Assembly: GCA_009779745.1 (NCBI GenBank) | Contig: WRDR01000006.1 | Coordinates: 3,469-67,468 of the forward strand | DNA length: 64,000 nucleotides | Source of the DNA: Alphaproteobacteria bacterium | GTDB taxonomy: Bacteria > Pseudomonadota > Alphaproteobacteria > UBA9219 | Direction of reading: 5' to 3' | Shown: piece after piece, positions 9,905-19,357 of the stretch | Position numbering within the stretch: the first letter of the stretch is position 1 | Layout: the number at the start of each line of letters is the position of its first letter | Translations under genes and position numbers: made by a program | Notes under the pieces: generated by a model | Told to the model about the DNA's origin: nothing | The model's database searches: none | Seen by the model: the letters and a program-made list of their open reading frames with translations, nothing else

Positions 9905-10612
9905 ATGATAGATAGTGTTTCAAATACGCCGAGTGTCGGAATGCGGCCTCTGGAGCAGATCGAGAAAACCTCTTTTGCCTCAAAACCCAAGAGTGACGGG
10001 GCAACTGCGCCTATGGTAGATTTTACTTTTGATGACTTCATAGATATAATAAACCCTCTGCACCACATTCCCGTAGTTAATCTTGTATATAGAGATTTTG
10101 CCGAAGACAAGATTTCTCCGCATTCTCGAATCATAGGGGATATACTTTATGGAGCGGCTACCGGGGCTGTCTCCGTCATAATAGCAGCCGCCTGCGCTAT
10201 TGGGGACGAGATTTTTGCTGCAAGCTCTGACAAAGGTCAGCGGCTGGGCGAATATGCTATAGCCTCTTTATTTGGCGATGAAGCGCAGGAGCACTCGGAT
10301 ATACAACAGACTCAGCGGCCGGAACCTGTTGTAAATCAAAGAAATGCTGCAAACAGCATAGGCGGGGTATCCAGAAAATATGCACGAAACATTGCCGCTG
10401 TTCCCGTGCAAAAAGTTGCTCTGGCAGACGTACCTAATAAAACAGAACCCAAGTTAGCCGATAATGTTATATTTGACAAAAACATGGATCCGAACACGCA
10501 AAAAGCTCTGGAGGCGCTGCTTATGGATCTGCACACAAGCAAAGCCATAAACCTGTATGCAAAGGCAGACAGCTACAATAAAAACGGTCTTGCTATAGAC
10601 TTCGAAGAGTAA
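9905..10612 (+). CDS. hypothetical protein
   Basis: Long ORF downstream of the porin. Internal ATG chosen because the 9758 start would overlap the porin. No recognisable motifs. Confidence 0.4.
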   Translation: MIDSVSNTPSVGMRPLEQIEKTSFASKPKSDGATAPMVDFTFDDFIDIINPLHHIPVVNLVYRDFAEDKISPHSRIIGDILYGAATGAVSVIIAAACAIGDEIFAASSDKGQRLGEYAIASLFGDEAQEHSDIQQTQRPEPVVNQRNAANSIGGVSRKYARNIAAVPVQKVALADVPNKTEPKLADNVIFDKNMDPNTQKALEALLMDLHTSKAINLYAKADSYNKNGLAIDFEE

Positions 10613-10613
10613 T

Positions 10614-10665
10614 GTAGAATTTATCAACTTTACATTCTACATTCTACATTCTACATTCTACATTT
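10614..10665. repeat. heptanucleotide tandem repeat (TACATTC) x 4.7, preceded by an inverted copy (TGTAGAAT), immediately upstream of the lpxD start
   Basis: 'tgtagaatttatcaactttacattctacattctacattctacattctacatttt' seen directly. Confidence 0.8.
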
Positions 10666-10680
10666 TACACGAGGCTCTAA

Positions 10681-11787
10681 ATGAATCTTTCCCTCAAAGA
10701 AATATCAGCCGTCCTGGACGGCAAATTAATAGGCGATGGCACTGTTTCTGTTACTAAAGTATCCAGTCCTTCTGACAACTTTGATGACTCCTCACTTGTA
10801 GTTGCTATGGATAAGAAATTTCTGCAAGCAGTCAAGGATTCCAGAAAAATACCTGTTGCCGCAGTTGTTTCCGGCAATGAAGAGGATTCTGATTTCATCG
10901 CCAACCGCATAATTGTGAAGCGTCCTAGGCTTGCTATGGCATTGTTAACTAAGCTGTTTTTTAAGCCGGTATCTGTCATAGACGGGATTCACAAAACTGC
11001 GGTTGTTGAAGAAGGCGCAAAGATTGGAGACAATCCTTCTATCGGAGCTTTGTGTTACATAGGGAAAAACACCTGTATAGGCGAAAATGCAGTGATTCAC
11101 CCTCAGGTTTATATCGGCGAGGGCGCAGTCATAGGAGATAATGCGACTATATACTCGGGCGTAAGAATAGGCGCAGGCACTAAGATTGGCGGCAACGCTA
11201 TTATTCATTTCAATGCTGCGATTGGAGCAGACGGGTTTAGCTTTGTAACGCCTATGGAAGGGAGCGTTGAGGCTGCGAAGAGTTCCGGAAGCACTAATGT
11301 TTCTGCCTTTAATAACAATATCATAAAGATATATTCTTTGGCTCCGGTCGTGATAGAAGATGATGTTGAGATTGGTCCCTGCACTAACATAGACATGGGC
11401 ACTATATCTTCTACTAGGGTGGGAAAAGGCACCAAGATTTGCAGCAATGTACAGATAGGGCATAATGTTGCTGTCGGTGAGAACTGTATTTTGTGCGGCG
11501 GAGTCGGCATAGCCGGAAGCGCAAAAATCGGCAATAGGGTTGTCTTAGGAGGCGCAGTCGGCGTTGCGGATCACGTTATAATCGGAGACGATGCAATGGC
11601 AATGGCAATGAGCGGCATAGCCGGGAATATTGCGTCCAAGACTATAGTTTCAGGCGTGCCCGCCCTTCCCAGAGAAACAGCAAATAAAATAGTATTTGCA
11701 ATGATGAGAATGCCTAAGACTATGGAAAAACTGCAAGAACTTTTCGCAAAAGCCGAGGATTTTGAAAAAATGCTCGAGAAAAATTAA
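10681..11787 (+). CDS. lpxD: UDP-3-O-(3-hydroxyacyl)glucosamine N-acyltransferase
   Basis: 368 aa with left-handed beta-helix hexapeptide repeats ('IGDNATIYSGVRIGAGTKIGGNAIIH'). Confidence 0.85.
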   Translation: MNLSLKEISAVLDGKLIGDGTVSVTKVSSPSDNFDDSSLVVAMDKKFLQAVKDSRKIPVAAVVSGNEEDSDFIANRIIVKRPRLAMALLTKLFFKPVSVIDGIHKTAVVEEGAKIGDNPSIGALCYIGKNTCIGENAVIHPQVYIGEGAVIGDNATIYSGVRIGAGTKIGGNAIIHFNAAIGADGFSFVTPMEGSVEAAKSSGSTNVSAFNNNIIKIYSLAPVVIEDDVEIGPCTNIDMGTISSTRVGKGTKICSNVQIGHNVAVGENCILCGGVGIAGSAKIGNRVVLGGAVGVADHVIIGDDAMAMAMSGIAGNIASKTIVSGVPALPRETANKIVFAMMRMPKTMEKLQELFAKAEDFEKMLEKN

Positions 11788-11862
11788 ACTGGACGAAAAA
11801 TTAATAACATGGTAACTTCAGCTTTCTTTTATTGTTTTTAGAGTGTTATATAGGGAGAAATT

Positions 11863-12111
11863 ATGACCCAGCTGGATGATGTCCTTGATATAGTTGCGAA
11901 AAAAGCTATGATAGACAGAAGCAAGCTCGTGCCTGAAGCCAAGATTGCGGATTTGAACATAAGCTCTCTGGATATGGTCGAGGTTATTTTTGCACTTGAA
12001 GATAAGTTCGGTATAGAGCTGCCTTTTAATGCTAACACCTCCGGGCAGGAGTTTCAAACAGTGGCGGATGTTATAAAAATGGTCGAAAATTCTTTGGCTA
12101 ATAAAAAATAG
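11863..12111 (+). CDS. acyl carrier protein, a specialised AcpXL-like ACP rather than housekeeping AcpP
   Basis: 82 aa with phosphopantetheine-attachment motif 'LNISSLDMVEV'. Lies beside lpxD. Confidence 0.65.
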   Translation: MTQLDDVLDIVAKKAMIDRSKLVPEAKIADLNISSLDMVEVIFALEDKFGIELPFNANTSGQEFQTVADVIKMVENSLANKK

Positions 12112-12121
12112 GAGAACTGAT

Positions 12122-12418
12122 ATGGCTGATATTAATGAAGAAGACCTGAAGAAAAATGTTAAAGATAAAGACACATGGCTGCGGTTTGTATTTTTAATAC
12201 TATTTGGAATAGCCTTGTACTTTATCATGATAGTGGTTTGTATCAGCTCTCTTGTGCAGTTTTTAGCTAAATTGTTCAGCGGTTCTGCCTTGTCCAGCCT
12301 TTCCGAATTCGGAGGCAATTTGGCAAAATATCAGGCGCAAGTTACATCATATCTGACGTTTGCATCTGATGACAAGCCGTTTCCTTTTGTACCCTTTCCA
12401 TGCTGCGGAAATAAGTAA
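12122..12418 (+). CDS. small membrane protein, hypothetical
   Basis: 98 aa with one hydrophobic span 'WLRFVFLILFGIALYFIMIVVCISSLV'. Co-directional with the ACP. Confidence 0.4.
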   Translation: MADINEEDLKKNVKDKDTWLRFVFLILFGIALYFIMIVVCISSLVQFLAKLFSGSALSSLSEFGGNLAKYQAQVTSYLTFASDDKPFPFVPFPCCGNK

Positions 12419-12489
12419 TTTGTCCTTCCTGCGAAGGCGGGCGTAAGTCTTGCCGTAGCTTTAGCGAAGGCAGAAACAGGGCTTTATAT

Positions 12490-14028
12490 ATGCGTACTTT
12501 TTATATTACGACTCCAATATACTATGTGAATGATATACCGCATATCGGACATGCCTACACGTCCATAGCGTGCGATGTCATGGCTAGGTTCAAAAGGCTT
12601 TCTGGAGATAAGGTTTTTTTTCTGTCCGGGACGGACGAGCACGGGCTGAAAATAAAGAAGTCCGCAGAAAAAGCCGGCATGGAGCCCCTAGAGTTCACTA
12701 ATCAGGTATCGCAGCGGTTCAGAGACTTGCTGACTGCCCTTAACTGTTCTAATGATGATTTTATAAGGACAACGGAAGTTCGGCACAAAAAAGCGTGTCA
12801 GGCTCTGTGGGATAAACTGGTTGCAAACGGAGATATTTATTTAGGCAAATATTCCGGGTGGTATGCTGTTCGGGACGAAGCGTATTATGCTGAAGACGAG
12901 CTTACGAAAACAGCCGGCAGCAAAATGATTGCACCTTCCGGCGCAGAGTGCGAATGGGTTGAAGAAGAGAGTTATTTTTTCAAACTCTCTGCTTGGGGTG
13001 ACAGGCTTTTGGATTTTTACGAAAAGAATCCGGATTTTATTAAGCCGGTCACAAGACGGAATGAGATAGTACAATTTGTAAAATCCGGGCTGCACGATTT
13101 ATCTGTTTCTAGGACTGCTATTTCTTGGGGCATACCTGTACCGAATGAAAGCCGCCATGTTATGTATGTTTGGCTTGATGCTTTGACTAATTACATATCT
13201 GCGCTTGGATATCCGGATATTGAATCTGAGAAGTTTAAGGATTTTTGGCCTTCTGCTGTTCATGTAATGGGAAAAGACATTATCCGTTTTCATGCAGTAT
13301 ACTGGCCTGCGTTTCTTATGGCTGCCGGAGTAGCTCCGCCTAAGAAAGTTTTTGCGCACGGCTGGTGGACTAATGAAGGACAGAAAATTTCCAAATCTCT
13401 CGGCAACGTCATTGATCCTTACGAGTTAATAGCCGATTACGGGCTGGATCAAATGCGCTATTTCCTGCTTCGTGAAGTGCCTTTCGGCAATGACGGAGAT
13501 TTTTCTAAAGACTCTATGATTCGCCGCATGAACAGTGATTTGGCTAACGGCATAGGCAATTTGGCTCAGAGGACTCTTTCCTTGATTGCAAAAAATTGCG
13601 AGGGCAAGGTTCCTGCGCACTCTGATTTTTCTGAACAGGACAATAAGCTGCTTCATGCTGCATATGCTTTGCCTGCAATGTTTTCTGAACACATGAATTC
13701 TTTTGCATTCAACAAAGCTCTGGACTCAATATGGGAGCTTATAAGCGCAGCAGACAGATACATTGACTCAGAGGCTCCTTGGTCTTTGAAGAAAACGGAT
13801 ATAACCAGAATGCAGACAGTGCTCTTTGTTCTTGCGGAAGTTATACGCATTATATCGCTGCTGCTTCAGCCGTTTATGCCAACGTCAGCCGATGCGCTTT
13901 TGAATCAGCTCTCAGTGCCTTCTGATAAAAGGTCTTTAGAACATGCTTCTGGCAAGCACGTTCTTACGGCTGGTACGCCATTACCCGCGCCCACCGGAGT
14001 ATTTCCTAGATTTAATCCTCCGAAATAA
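12490..14028 (+). CDS. metG: methionyl-tRNA synthetase (short form)
   Basis: 'HIGHAYT' and 'KISKSLGN' class-I aaRS motifs in a 512 aa ORF. Confidence 0.9.
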   Translation: MRTFYITTPIYYVNDIPHIGHAYTSIACDVMARFKRLSGDKVFFLSGTDEHGLKIKKSAEKAGMEPLEFTNQVSQRFRDLLTALNCSNDDFIRTTEVRHKKACQALWDKLVANGDIYLGKYSGWYAVRDEAYYAEDELTKTAGSKMIAPSGAECEWVEEESYFFKLSAWGDRLLDFYEKNPDFIKPVTRRNEIVQFVKSGLHDLSVSRTAISWGIPVPNESRHVMYVWLDALTNYISALGYPDIESEKFKDFWPSAVHVMGKDIIRFHAVYWPAFLMAAGVAPPKKVFAHGWWTNEGQKISKSLGNVIDPYELIADYGLDQMRYFLLREVPFGNDGDFSKDSMIRRMNSDLANGIGNLAQRTLSLIAKNCEGKVPAHSDFSEQDNKLLHAAYALPAMFSEHMNSFAFNKALDSIWELISAADRYIDSEAPWSLKKTDITRMQTVLFVLAEVIRIISLLLQPFMPTSADALLNQLSVPSDKRSLEHASGKHVLTAGTPLPAPTGVFPRFNPPK

Positions 14029-16066
14029 ATTCTTCCAGCCACGCTTTGGTCTCTTCATCAAGATACGCGGAGAGCTCCTGATATATTTTCAAGTGATATA
14101 ATTTTATCCACTCAATTTCTTCCAGCGTCAGCAACGAATAATCAAAAAGCCTTTTGTCAAACGGCACTAAAGACACAACTTCAAATTTCAGCATATTCTG
14201 AGAAGCAAACTTCTGCTCTCTGACAAGCATCATGTTTTCTAATCTTATGCCGTATGCCCCCTCTTTGTAAAATCCGGGCTCATTAGTAATCAGCATGCCC
14301 TCTTTCAAAGGCTCTTTGCTGTTCTTAGAGAATCCGTACTTGCCTTCGTGCACGCAAAGAAAGCTGCCGAGGCCGTGTCCGGTGCCGTGTCCGTAATCTT
14401 CGCCGATCTGCCATAAAGGCTGTCTTGCAAAAACTTCCAGTTCTGATCCTCTGGTACCGGAAGGAAACTTCATAGACGCTAACGCTATGTGTCCTTTAAG
14501 CACTCTTGTGTATCTGTCTTTCATCTCTTCCAGAAGCTCTACGGAAACCTCTCTTTCATCACTCCATAACGCAGTTGTTCTGGTTATATCCGTAGTCCCT
14601 CCGAAATACTGTGCTCCGCTGTCAATAAGATACATCTCGCCCTTGTTCAAAAACTTAGTCTCATGATTTTTCGCAGCATCATAATGTGCTATCGCAGCAT
14701 TAGCCCCTGCTCCTGAAATAGGCTCAAAGCTGGGATTTCTATAAATATATCCCGTTGTTCCCGCTTCTGCCCTGAACATATCCAATGCTTTCTGGGCATC
14801 TGTTTCGGAAACCTTTTGTCCGTCCTGCACTACTGTATTGTCCAGCCAAGCTAAAAATTTTACTATAGCTATGCTGTCTTTCTTCGCAATGTTTGCTGCG
14901 TGTTCCTGCTCTGTGTGATTCTTAGCAGCCATAAACGCCCCGCAAACATCATCACCTAGAACCGCTTTAAGCCCCAGCGATTTCAGCATCTCGGACACGG
15001 CATATACGGTCTTGCTTCCGTCCGTAAGTATAATCTCTTTAGGATTGGTTTTTTCATTCAGAACATTTATAAATTCCTGCTTGAATTTCTCGAAAGAGTT
15101 TATGCCGAAATGAACAAAAACCTTATCTCCTAAATGTTTCAGAAACTGCTCTATAGCACTGCTGTTCTTAGAGCTTATAAAAAAGCCTTTCATGCTCTCC
15201 AGCCACTTGTGGAACTTCGATCCTATATCCGCATCTCTTATGCCTTCTTTCTTGTCCAGCTCTCTGGCTTCCTTGTTTACAATCGAGGCTCCTGCTTCCG
15301 GAACAATCTCTATCTGTTCCTCTGTGCAGCCCAAAAACCAGTCTGCGCTTCCGTCCTGCCATAAAACAGCCCTGCTTAAAGGGACAGGCGTATACGGTAT
15401 ATCGCTTCCCCTCACATTCATAAGCCACGCAACAGATACGGGATCGGATATTATCGCAGCAGCCGCTTTTTGCTCTTGCAGCTTTTTCGCTATACGCGCC
15501 CTTTTCACAGCACAAGACATTCCGGAAAAAATCTCTCCGTACGGATACACGTTATTAAAAGTCCTGTGTTTCTGATCTTCCCAAATATCATCGATTATCA
15601 TCTCCGGCACTGCTGCGAGCTCTATAGCCGTTTCATCGGTCTTCTTTAACGCCTCTTCCAGTTTTCTCTTTCCCAGTACGGAAATCAACATTGGATTGTA
15701 TCCGACTCTGTAGCTTTCGCCGTCTTCCTTGTGCTTGCTTTCTGAAAATATTTTTCCCAGCCACTCTGCCGGAGCAGTTTTCGCCGTATCAAGTATCTCT
15801 AATTTTTTACTGGAAAAGTTATCAACAGTCTGATTCTTAGCCTGCAGCAAATACCGGCTGTCTGTGAACAAAGCCGCCTTGTCCTTTGTCAGCACCATTA
15901 TACCAAACGACCCTGTAAATCCGGATAGAAAACAAATGCGCTCGTCTGAAGACTGAACGTATTCATTCAAGTATTCATCGGTTCTGTGCACTATGAAAGC
16001 GTCTAAATCTTTTGCCTTTAGCTGCTCTCTTAATAGGTGAAATCGGGTTTTGTATGGATCTTTCAT
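14012..16066 (-). CDS. pepP: Xaa-Pro aminopeptidase (M24B, long form with creatinase-like N-domains)
   Basis: 'HGTGHGLGSFLCVHE' metal-binding motif in a 684 aa ORF. Confidence 0.75.
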   Translation of the reverse strand: MKDPYKTRFHLLREQLKAKDLDAFIVHRTDEYLNEYVQSSDERICFLSGFTGSFGIMVLTKDKAALFTDSRYLLQAKNQTVDNFSSKKLEILDTAKTAPAEWLGKIFSESKHKEDGESYRVGYNPMLISVLGKRKLEEALKKTDETAIELAAVPEMIIDDIWEDQKHRTFNNVYPYGEIFSGMSCAVKRARIAKKLQEQKAAAAIISDPVSVAWLMNVRGSDIPYTPVPLSRAVLWQDGSADWFLGCTEEQIEIVPEAGASIVNKEARELDKKEGIRDADIGSKFHKWLESMKGFFISSKNSSAIEQFLKHLGDKVFVHFGINSFEKFKQEFINVLNEKTNPKEIILTDGSKTVYAVSEMLKSLGLKAVLGDDVCGAFMAAKNHTEQEHAANIAKKDSIAIVKFLAWLDNTVVQDGQKVSETDAQKALDMFRAEAGTTGYIYRNPSFEPISGAGANAAIAHYDAAKNHETKFLNKGEMYLIDSGAQYFGGTTDITRTTALWSDEREVSVELLEEMKDRYTRVLKGHIALASMKFPSGTRGSELEVFARQPLWQIGEDYGHGTGHGLGSFLCVHEGKYGFSKNSKEPLKEGMLITNEPGFYKEGAYGIRLENMMLVREQKFASQNMLKFEVVSLVPFDKRLFDYSLLTLEEIEWIKLYHLKIYQELSAYLDEETKAWLEEFISED

Positions 16067-16074
16067 GGGAATTT

Positions 16075-16125
16075 AGAATGGAATGTAGAATTTAAAATGT
16101 AGAATGTAGAATTATAAACAAGATT
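16075..16125. repeat. degenerate heptamer tandem array (GAATTTA/GAATGGA/ATGTAGA...) between the pepP start and the der stop, related to the 10631 repeat
   Basis: 'ggaatttagaatggaatgtagaatttaaaatgtagaatgtagaattataaac'. Confidence 0.7.
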
Positions 16126-16188
16126 TTTATAAATGCTATAAATTTTTTTAAAACTCTTAACTCCACTCTCAACTCTCCACTCTCAACC

Positions 16189-17562
16189 CTATTTATAAGG
16201 GTTCTCGTTTTTCTTCAGAAGAATCCTCACCGGCACGCCGTCAATATCAAATTTACTGCGCAGTCCTCTGGTCAGAAATCTGATATAACTCTCCGGCAAA
16301 TCCTCCGGCTTGTTAGCCCATATGGCAAACGTAGGAGGCCTGCTCTTAAGCTGAGTCATATAGCGCAGTTTAATTCTCCGCCCCTTCACAATAGGAGGAG
16401 GATTAGTCTCTGTCATAGCCTCGAGCCACTTGTTGAGTTTGCCTGTAGAAACTCTTACATTCCACTTTACAAAGCAGCTCATTGCGGCTTCCATGAGTTT
16501 TCCGATTCCGGCTCCGGACTTTGCAGATATAGGTATCAGAGCAACTCCTCCGGCTTGGGCTAAATTAGTCCTTACCTCGTGCTGAATATCGTCAAGAGTC
16601 TTGTCTTTGTTCTTTATTAAATCCCATTTGTTTAGTGCTGCGACCAGCACCCTGCCTTCCGAGACAACATGCCGCGCCAATGTTAAATCCTGTTTATCAA
16701 GAGGGCTTTCCGCATCAAGTACTAATACAACAACATGCGCCAGCCTCACAGCCCTCATAGTCTCATGCACCATCATTTTCTCTAAATCGTTTTTAACTCG
16801 CGACCTTCTGCGAACTCCGGCAGTATCCACAAGCCTTATAGGAGTGCCTTTATATTCCCACGCAATAGGAACGGAATCCCTTGTCAGCCCCGGCTCTTCT
16901 CCGGTTAGCTGCCTCTCCTGCCCTAACAGCTTATTTACCAGCGTGGATTTCCCTGCATTAGGTCTTCCTATAATCGCCATAATGAGATTTTTGTCTTTCT
17001 GAATATTCCGTATCTCATTATCACATTCTGTCTCTTCTTCTTTTTTTGAAACTTCTGCCTTCTCTTCAAAACGTATCTCCGAAAGTTTCTCAAACAGACC
17101 TATCATTCCTTCGCCGTGACTGGCGGATACTGGCAGCGGCTCGCCGAATCCCAGTTGCAATGCCTCGTCATAATGCTCCGGCAGATGAGTTCCTTCGCAC
17201 TTGTTAGCTATTAATACTATAGGTAGTCCTGTTTTTCTCAGCTCTTTGGCTATATCTATGTCCTGCTGAGTAAGCGGGCTCCTTGCATCTACAACAAACA
17301 GCACGGCATCTGCGCTCTCTAACGCCTGCTTGGTCTTTGATAATACTCTTGAAGATATGCTGTTCTTATCGGAAGAAAACTCCAGCCCCGCAGTATCTAT
17401 GACACGCAGACTCAGATTAAAAAGCATTCCTTCCGCTTCTTTGTAATCTCTGGTGACTCCGGGCGCATCGTCCACTAAGGCAACCTTCTTGCCTATCAGC
17501 CTGTTGAACAGCGTAGACTTCCCTACATTAGGTTTTCCGGCTATAGCTACAGTCAGAGTCAT
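16189..17562 (-). CDS. der: ribosome-associated GTPase Der/EngA (tandem GTPase domains)
   Basis: Two P-loops, 'AIAGKPNVGKSTLFN' and 'IGRPNAGKSTLVN', plus a KH-like C-terminus. Confidence 0.9.
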   Translation of the reverse strand: MTLTVAIAGKPNVGKSTLFNRLIGKKVALVDDAPGVTRDYKEAEGMLFNLSLRVIDTAGLEFSSDKNSISSRVLSKTKQALESADAVLFVVDARSPLTQQDIDIAKELRKTGLPIVLIANKCEGTHLPEHYDEALQLGFGEPLPVSASHGEGMIGLFEKLSEIRFEEKAEVSKKEEETECDNEIRNIQKDKNLIMAIIGRPNAGKSTLVNKLLGQERQLTGEEPGLTRDSVPIAWEYKGTPIRLVDTAGVRRRSRVKNDLEKMMVHETMRAVRLAHVVVLVLDAESPLDKQDLTLARHVVSEGRVLVAALNKWDLIKNKDKTLDDIQHEVRTNLAQAGGVALIPISAKSGAGIGKLMEAAMSCFVKWNVRVSTGKLNKWLEAMTETNPPPIVKGRRIKLRYMTQLKSRPPTFAIWANKPEDLPESYIRFLTRGLRSKFDIDGVPVRILLKKNENPYK

Positions 17563-17678
17563 CTTTTATTCCTTTTAAACGCACACATATAAAGTCTGTT
17601 GTACAGATTGTGCTTTAAAATACAATAAAAAAGCAAAGCCTCGGGGAAGGAATATGCTTACAACCCTTCCGCCAATTC

Positions 17679-18089
17679 CTAATTTGCCTGAACAATCTTC
17701 GGCAGCATGTAATAGAACAAAGCGCAGAAGCTGGAGAAGGTGAGCAGAAGATAGGTGATCTGTGCGCCGAGAAAACGAATAGCATCTGCGCCGGTCATGA
17801 AATTGCTTCCGAAAGCGTGCATAAGTCTGGCAATTATCAAAGTAATGCCCATTACATGAATTATGTAGGGAGGAGCACCGTTTGCCTCGATAGAAATCAT
17901 CAAAAGGAAAATAATAGGCACATAGTCCGTGAAGCTGTGCAGGAGTCCCTCTGCACGTTTGAATACTACTTGATCTTTTTTATTGTCAGTACCGATAGAA
18001 CGCACCCAGCACTTAGTCATATTGAAAGACAGTACCAAAAGCAAAAGACCAGCGATACCTATATAGAGTAAAGACACATAAACGGGCAT
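17679..18089 (-). CDS. MAPEG-family membrane protein (putative)
   Basis: Four hydrophobic helices. Start chosen at 'MPVYVS' because AGGAGG lies 5 nt upstream. Family assignment is by general resemblance only. Confidence 0.45.
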   Translation of the reverse strand: MPVYVSLLYIGIAGLLLLVLSFNMTKCWVRSIGTDNKKDQVVFKRAEGLLHSFTDYVPIIFLLMISIEANGAPPYIIHVMGITLIIARLMHAFGSNFMTGADAIRFLGAQITYLLLTFSSFCALFYYMLPKIVQAN

Positions 18090-18241
18090 ATTTGCCTCCT
18101 GATAAAAAATTTCTCCCAACTCCCCAGAGCGTATTTAAATATGGTAAAAAGATGCTTAACAAGAATATGGTGAAAAGTTATAAAATATAAGAAAAATAAA
18201 CAGAGTATTAACTTTTATTAGAGAAAAATGAGAAACCGATA

Positions 18242-19357
18242 TTGTTTTTAAATAACTCTGGGGATTCTCCTGTGCCTACTGCAAAACATAAGCATATAGT
18301 TTCTGAACGTAAGGTATTACTGCTTTTTAGTGCTATGGCATTATGTGTCTCGGCGTTTTCATCGGCTTCTCCGGCTTACGCCCAAGAGATAGTCGATTCG
18401 ATTCCGATGGCAACAACGGGTACGGAAAATTCACTTAACGGAATAGCAATACCTTCTCTGCCGACAGCGGATATTTCTACTGATGCCAGCCGTTTGATTT
18501 TCGAGGCGCAGCAAAGCGCATTACAGGCTCAGGAAGCGGCATTACGAGAGACCGTGCGCATGGAACAAGAGCATAATAAAGAATCCTTCAACAGGGCTGC
18601 GTTTAGTTTTATGCCGTTGTCTAATGAACAAATACGCGCATTCATGAAGAAGTACGAGGCAAACCAGAAAGCCACTCAGCCGCCTTCTACCGGAAATCCC
18701 AAAGGACAGACGAAAATTCAGACTATTTCTTTGGATCCCGGCATAGATCCTCCTGTTGTAGAGCTTAATCCCGGCTTCATAACTACGATTACTCTGGTTG
18801 ATGTTACGGGTCAGCCTTGGCCTGTGCTTGACGTAGGAGTCGGAGGAAACTTTGAAGTTTCTCCTACAAGGTCCGGCTCTCATGTGATACGAATCATGCC
18901 TCTCACCAGAGTAGCGACCGGAGTATTGTCTATCATGCTCAAAGAGCTGCCTACGCCGGTAATCATGAAGCTTACTTCCGGAGGACCTAGGGTTGATTTA
19001 CGCTATGATGCCAGAATCGCCAAGTTCGGTCCCGGGGCAAGACCTCAGATAATCAACCGCCCGCGTCTTCAGGCCGGAGATGAGATTTTATCTATGATAC
19101 TGGAAAATGTGCCTCCCCGTGAAGCAGTGAGAATGAATGTAGGAGGTCTTGATAACAGAACAAAAGCTTGGATGCTGAACAGAAAAGTTTATGTAAGAAC
19201 GCCGCACTCTTTATTATCTCCGGCGTGGAATTCAAGCGTAACATCTGCTGACGGCACTACGGTTTATGAGATTGGGTCGGCTCCTGTCCTTTTGATGTCT
19301 GATAATGGAGCCATAGTCCGTGCTACAATTTCCGCGAGGGCAGATAACGATGAATAA
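18242..19357 (+). CDS. VirB9/DotH(IcmK)/TraN-like type IV secretion outer-membrane core protein (putative)
   Basis: Secreted protein (h-region 'VLLLFSAMALCVSAFSSASPAYA'). The likely start is GTG at 18272 after 'GGGGA'. Its stop overlaps the start of a clear VirB10 homolog (ATGAATAA coupling). The family call rests on context and size. Confidence 0.45.
   Translation: MFLNNSGDSPVPTAKHKHIVSERKVLLLFSAMALCVSAFSSASPAYAQEIVDSIPMATTGTENSLNGIAIPSLPTADISTDASRLIFEAQQSALQAQEAALRETVRMEQEHNKESFNRAAFSFMPLSNEQIRAFMKKYEANQKATQPPSTGNPKGQTKIQTISLDPGIDPPVVELNPGFITTITLVDVTGQPWPVLDVGVGGNFEVSPTRSGSHVIRIMPLTRVATGVLSIMLKELPTPVIMKLTSGGPRVDLRYDARIAKFGPGARPQIINRPRLQAGDEILSMILENVPPREAVRMNVGGLDNRTKAWMLNRKVYVRTPHSLLSPAWNSSVTSADGTTVYEIGSAPVLLMSDNGAIVRATISARADNDE

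Noticed and set aside
10614-10665. Tandem short repeats considered as a CRISPR array
   Set aside because: The units are 7 nt with no spacers, far below CRISPR repeat (24-48 nt) and spacer sizes. No cas genes are nearby.
7276-12475. Shared 'CCGTAGCTTTAGCG(A/T)AGG' segment after rpsA (about 7276-7297) and before metG (about 12455-12475)
   Set aside because: It has only two copies of about 20 nt. It is too short to distinguish a real element from part of the larger GGAGTT-hairpin and CGAAGGCGGG repeat families.
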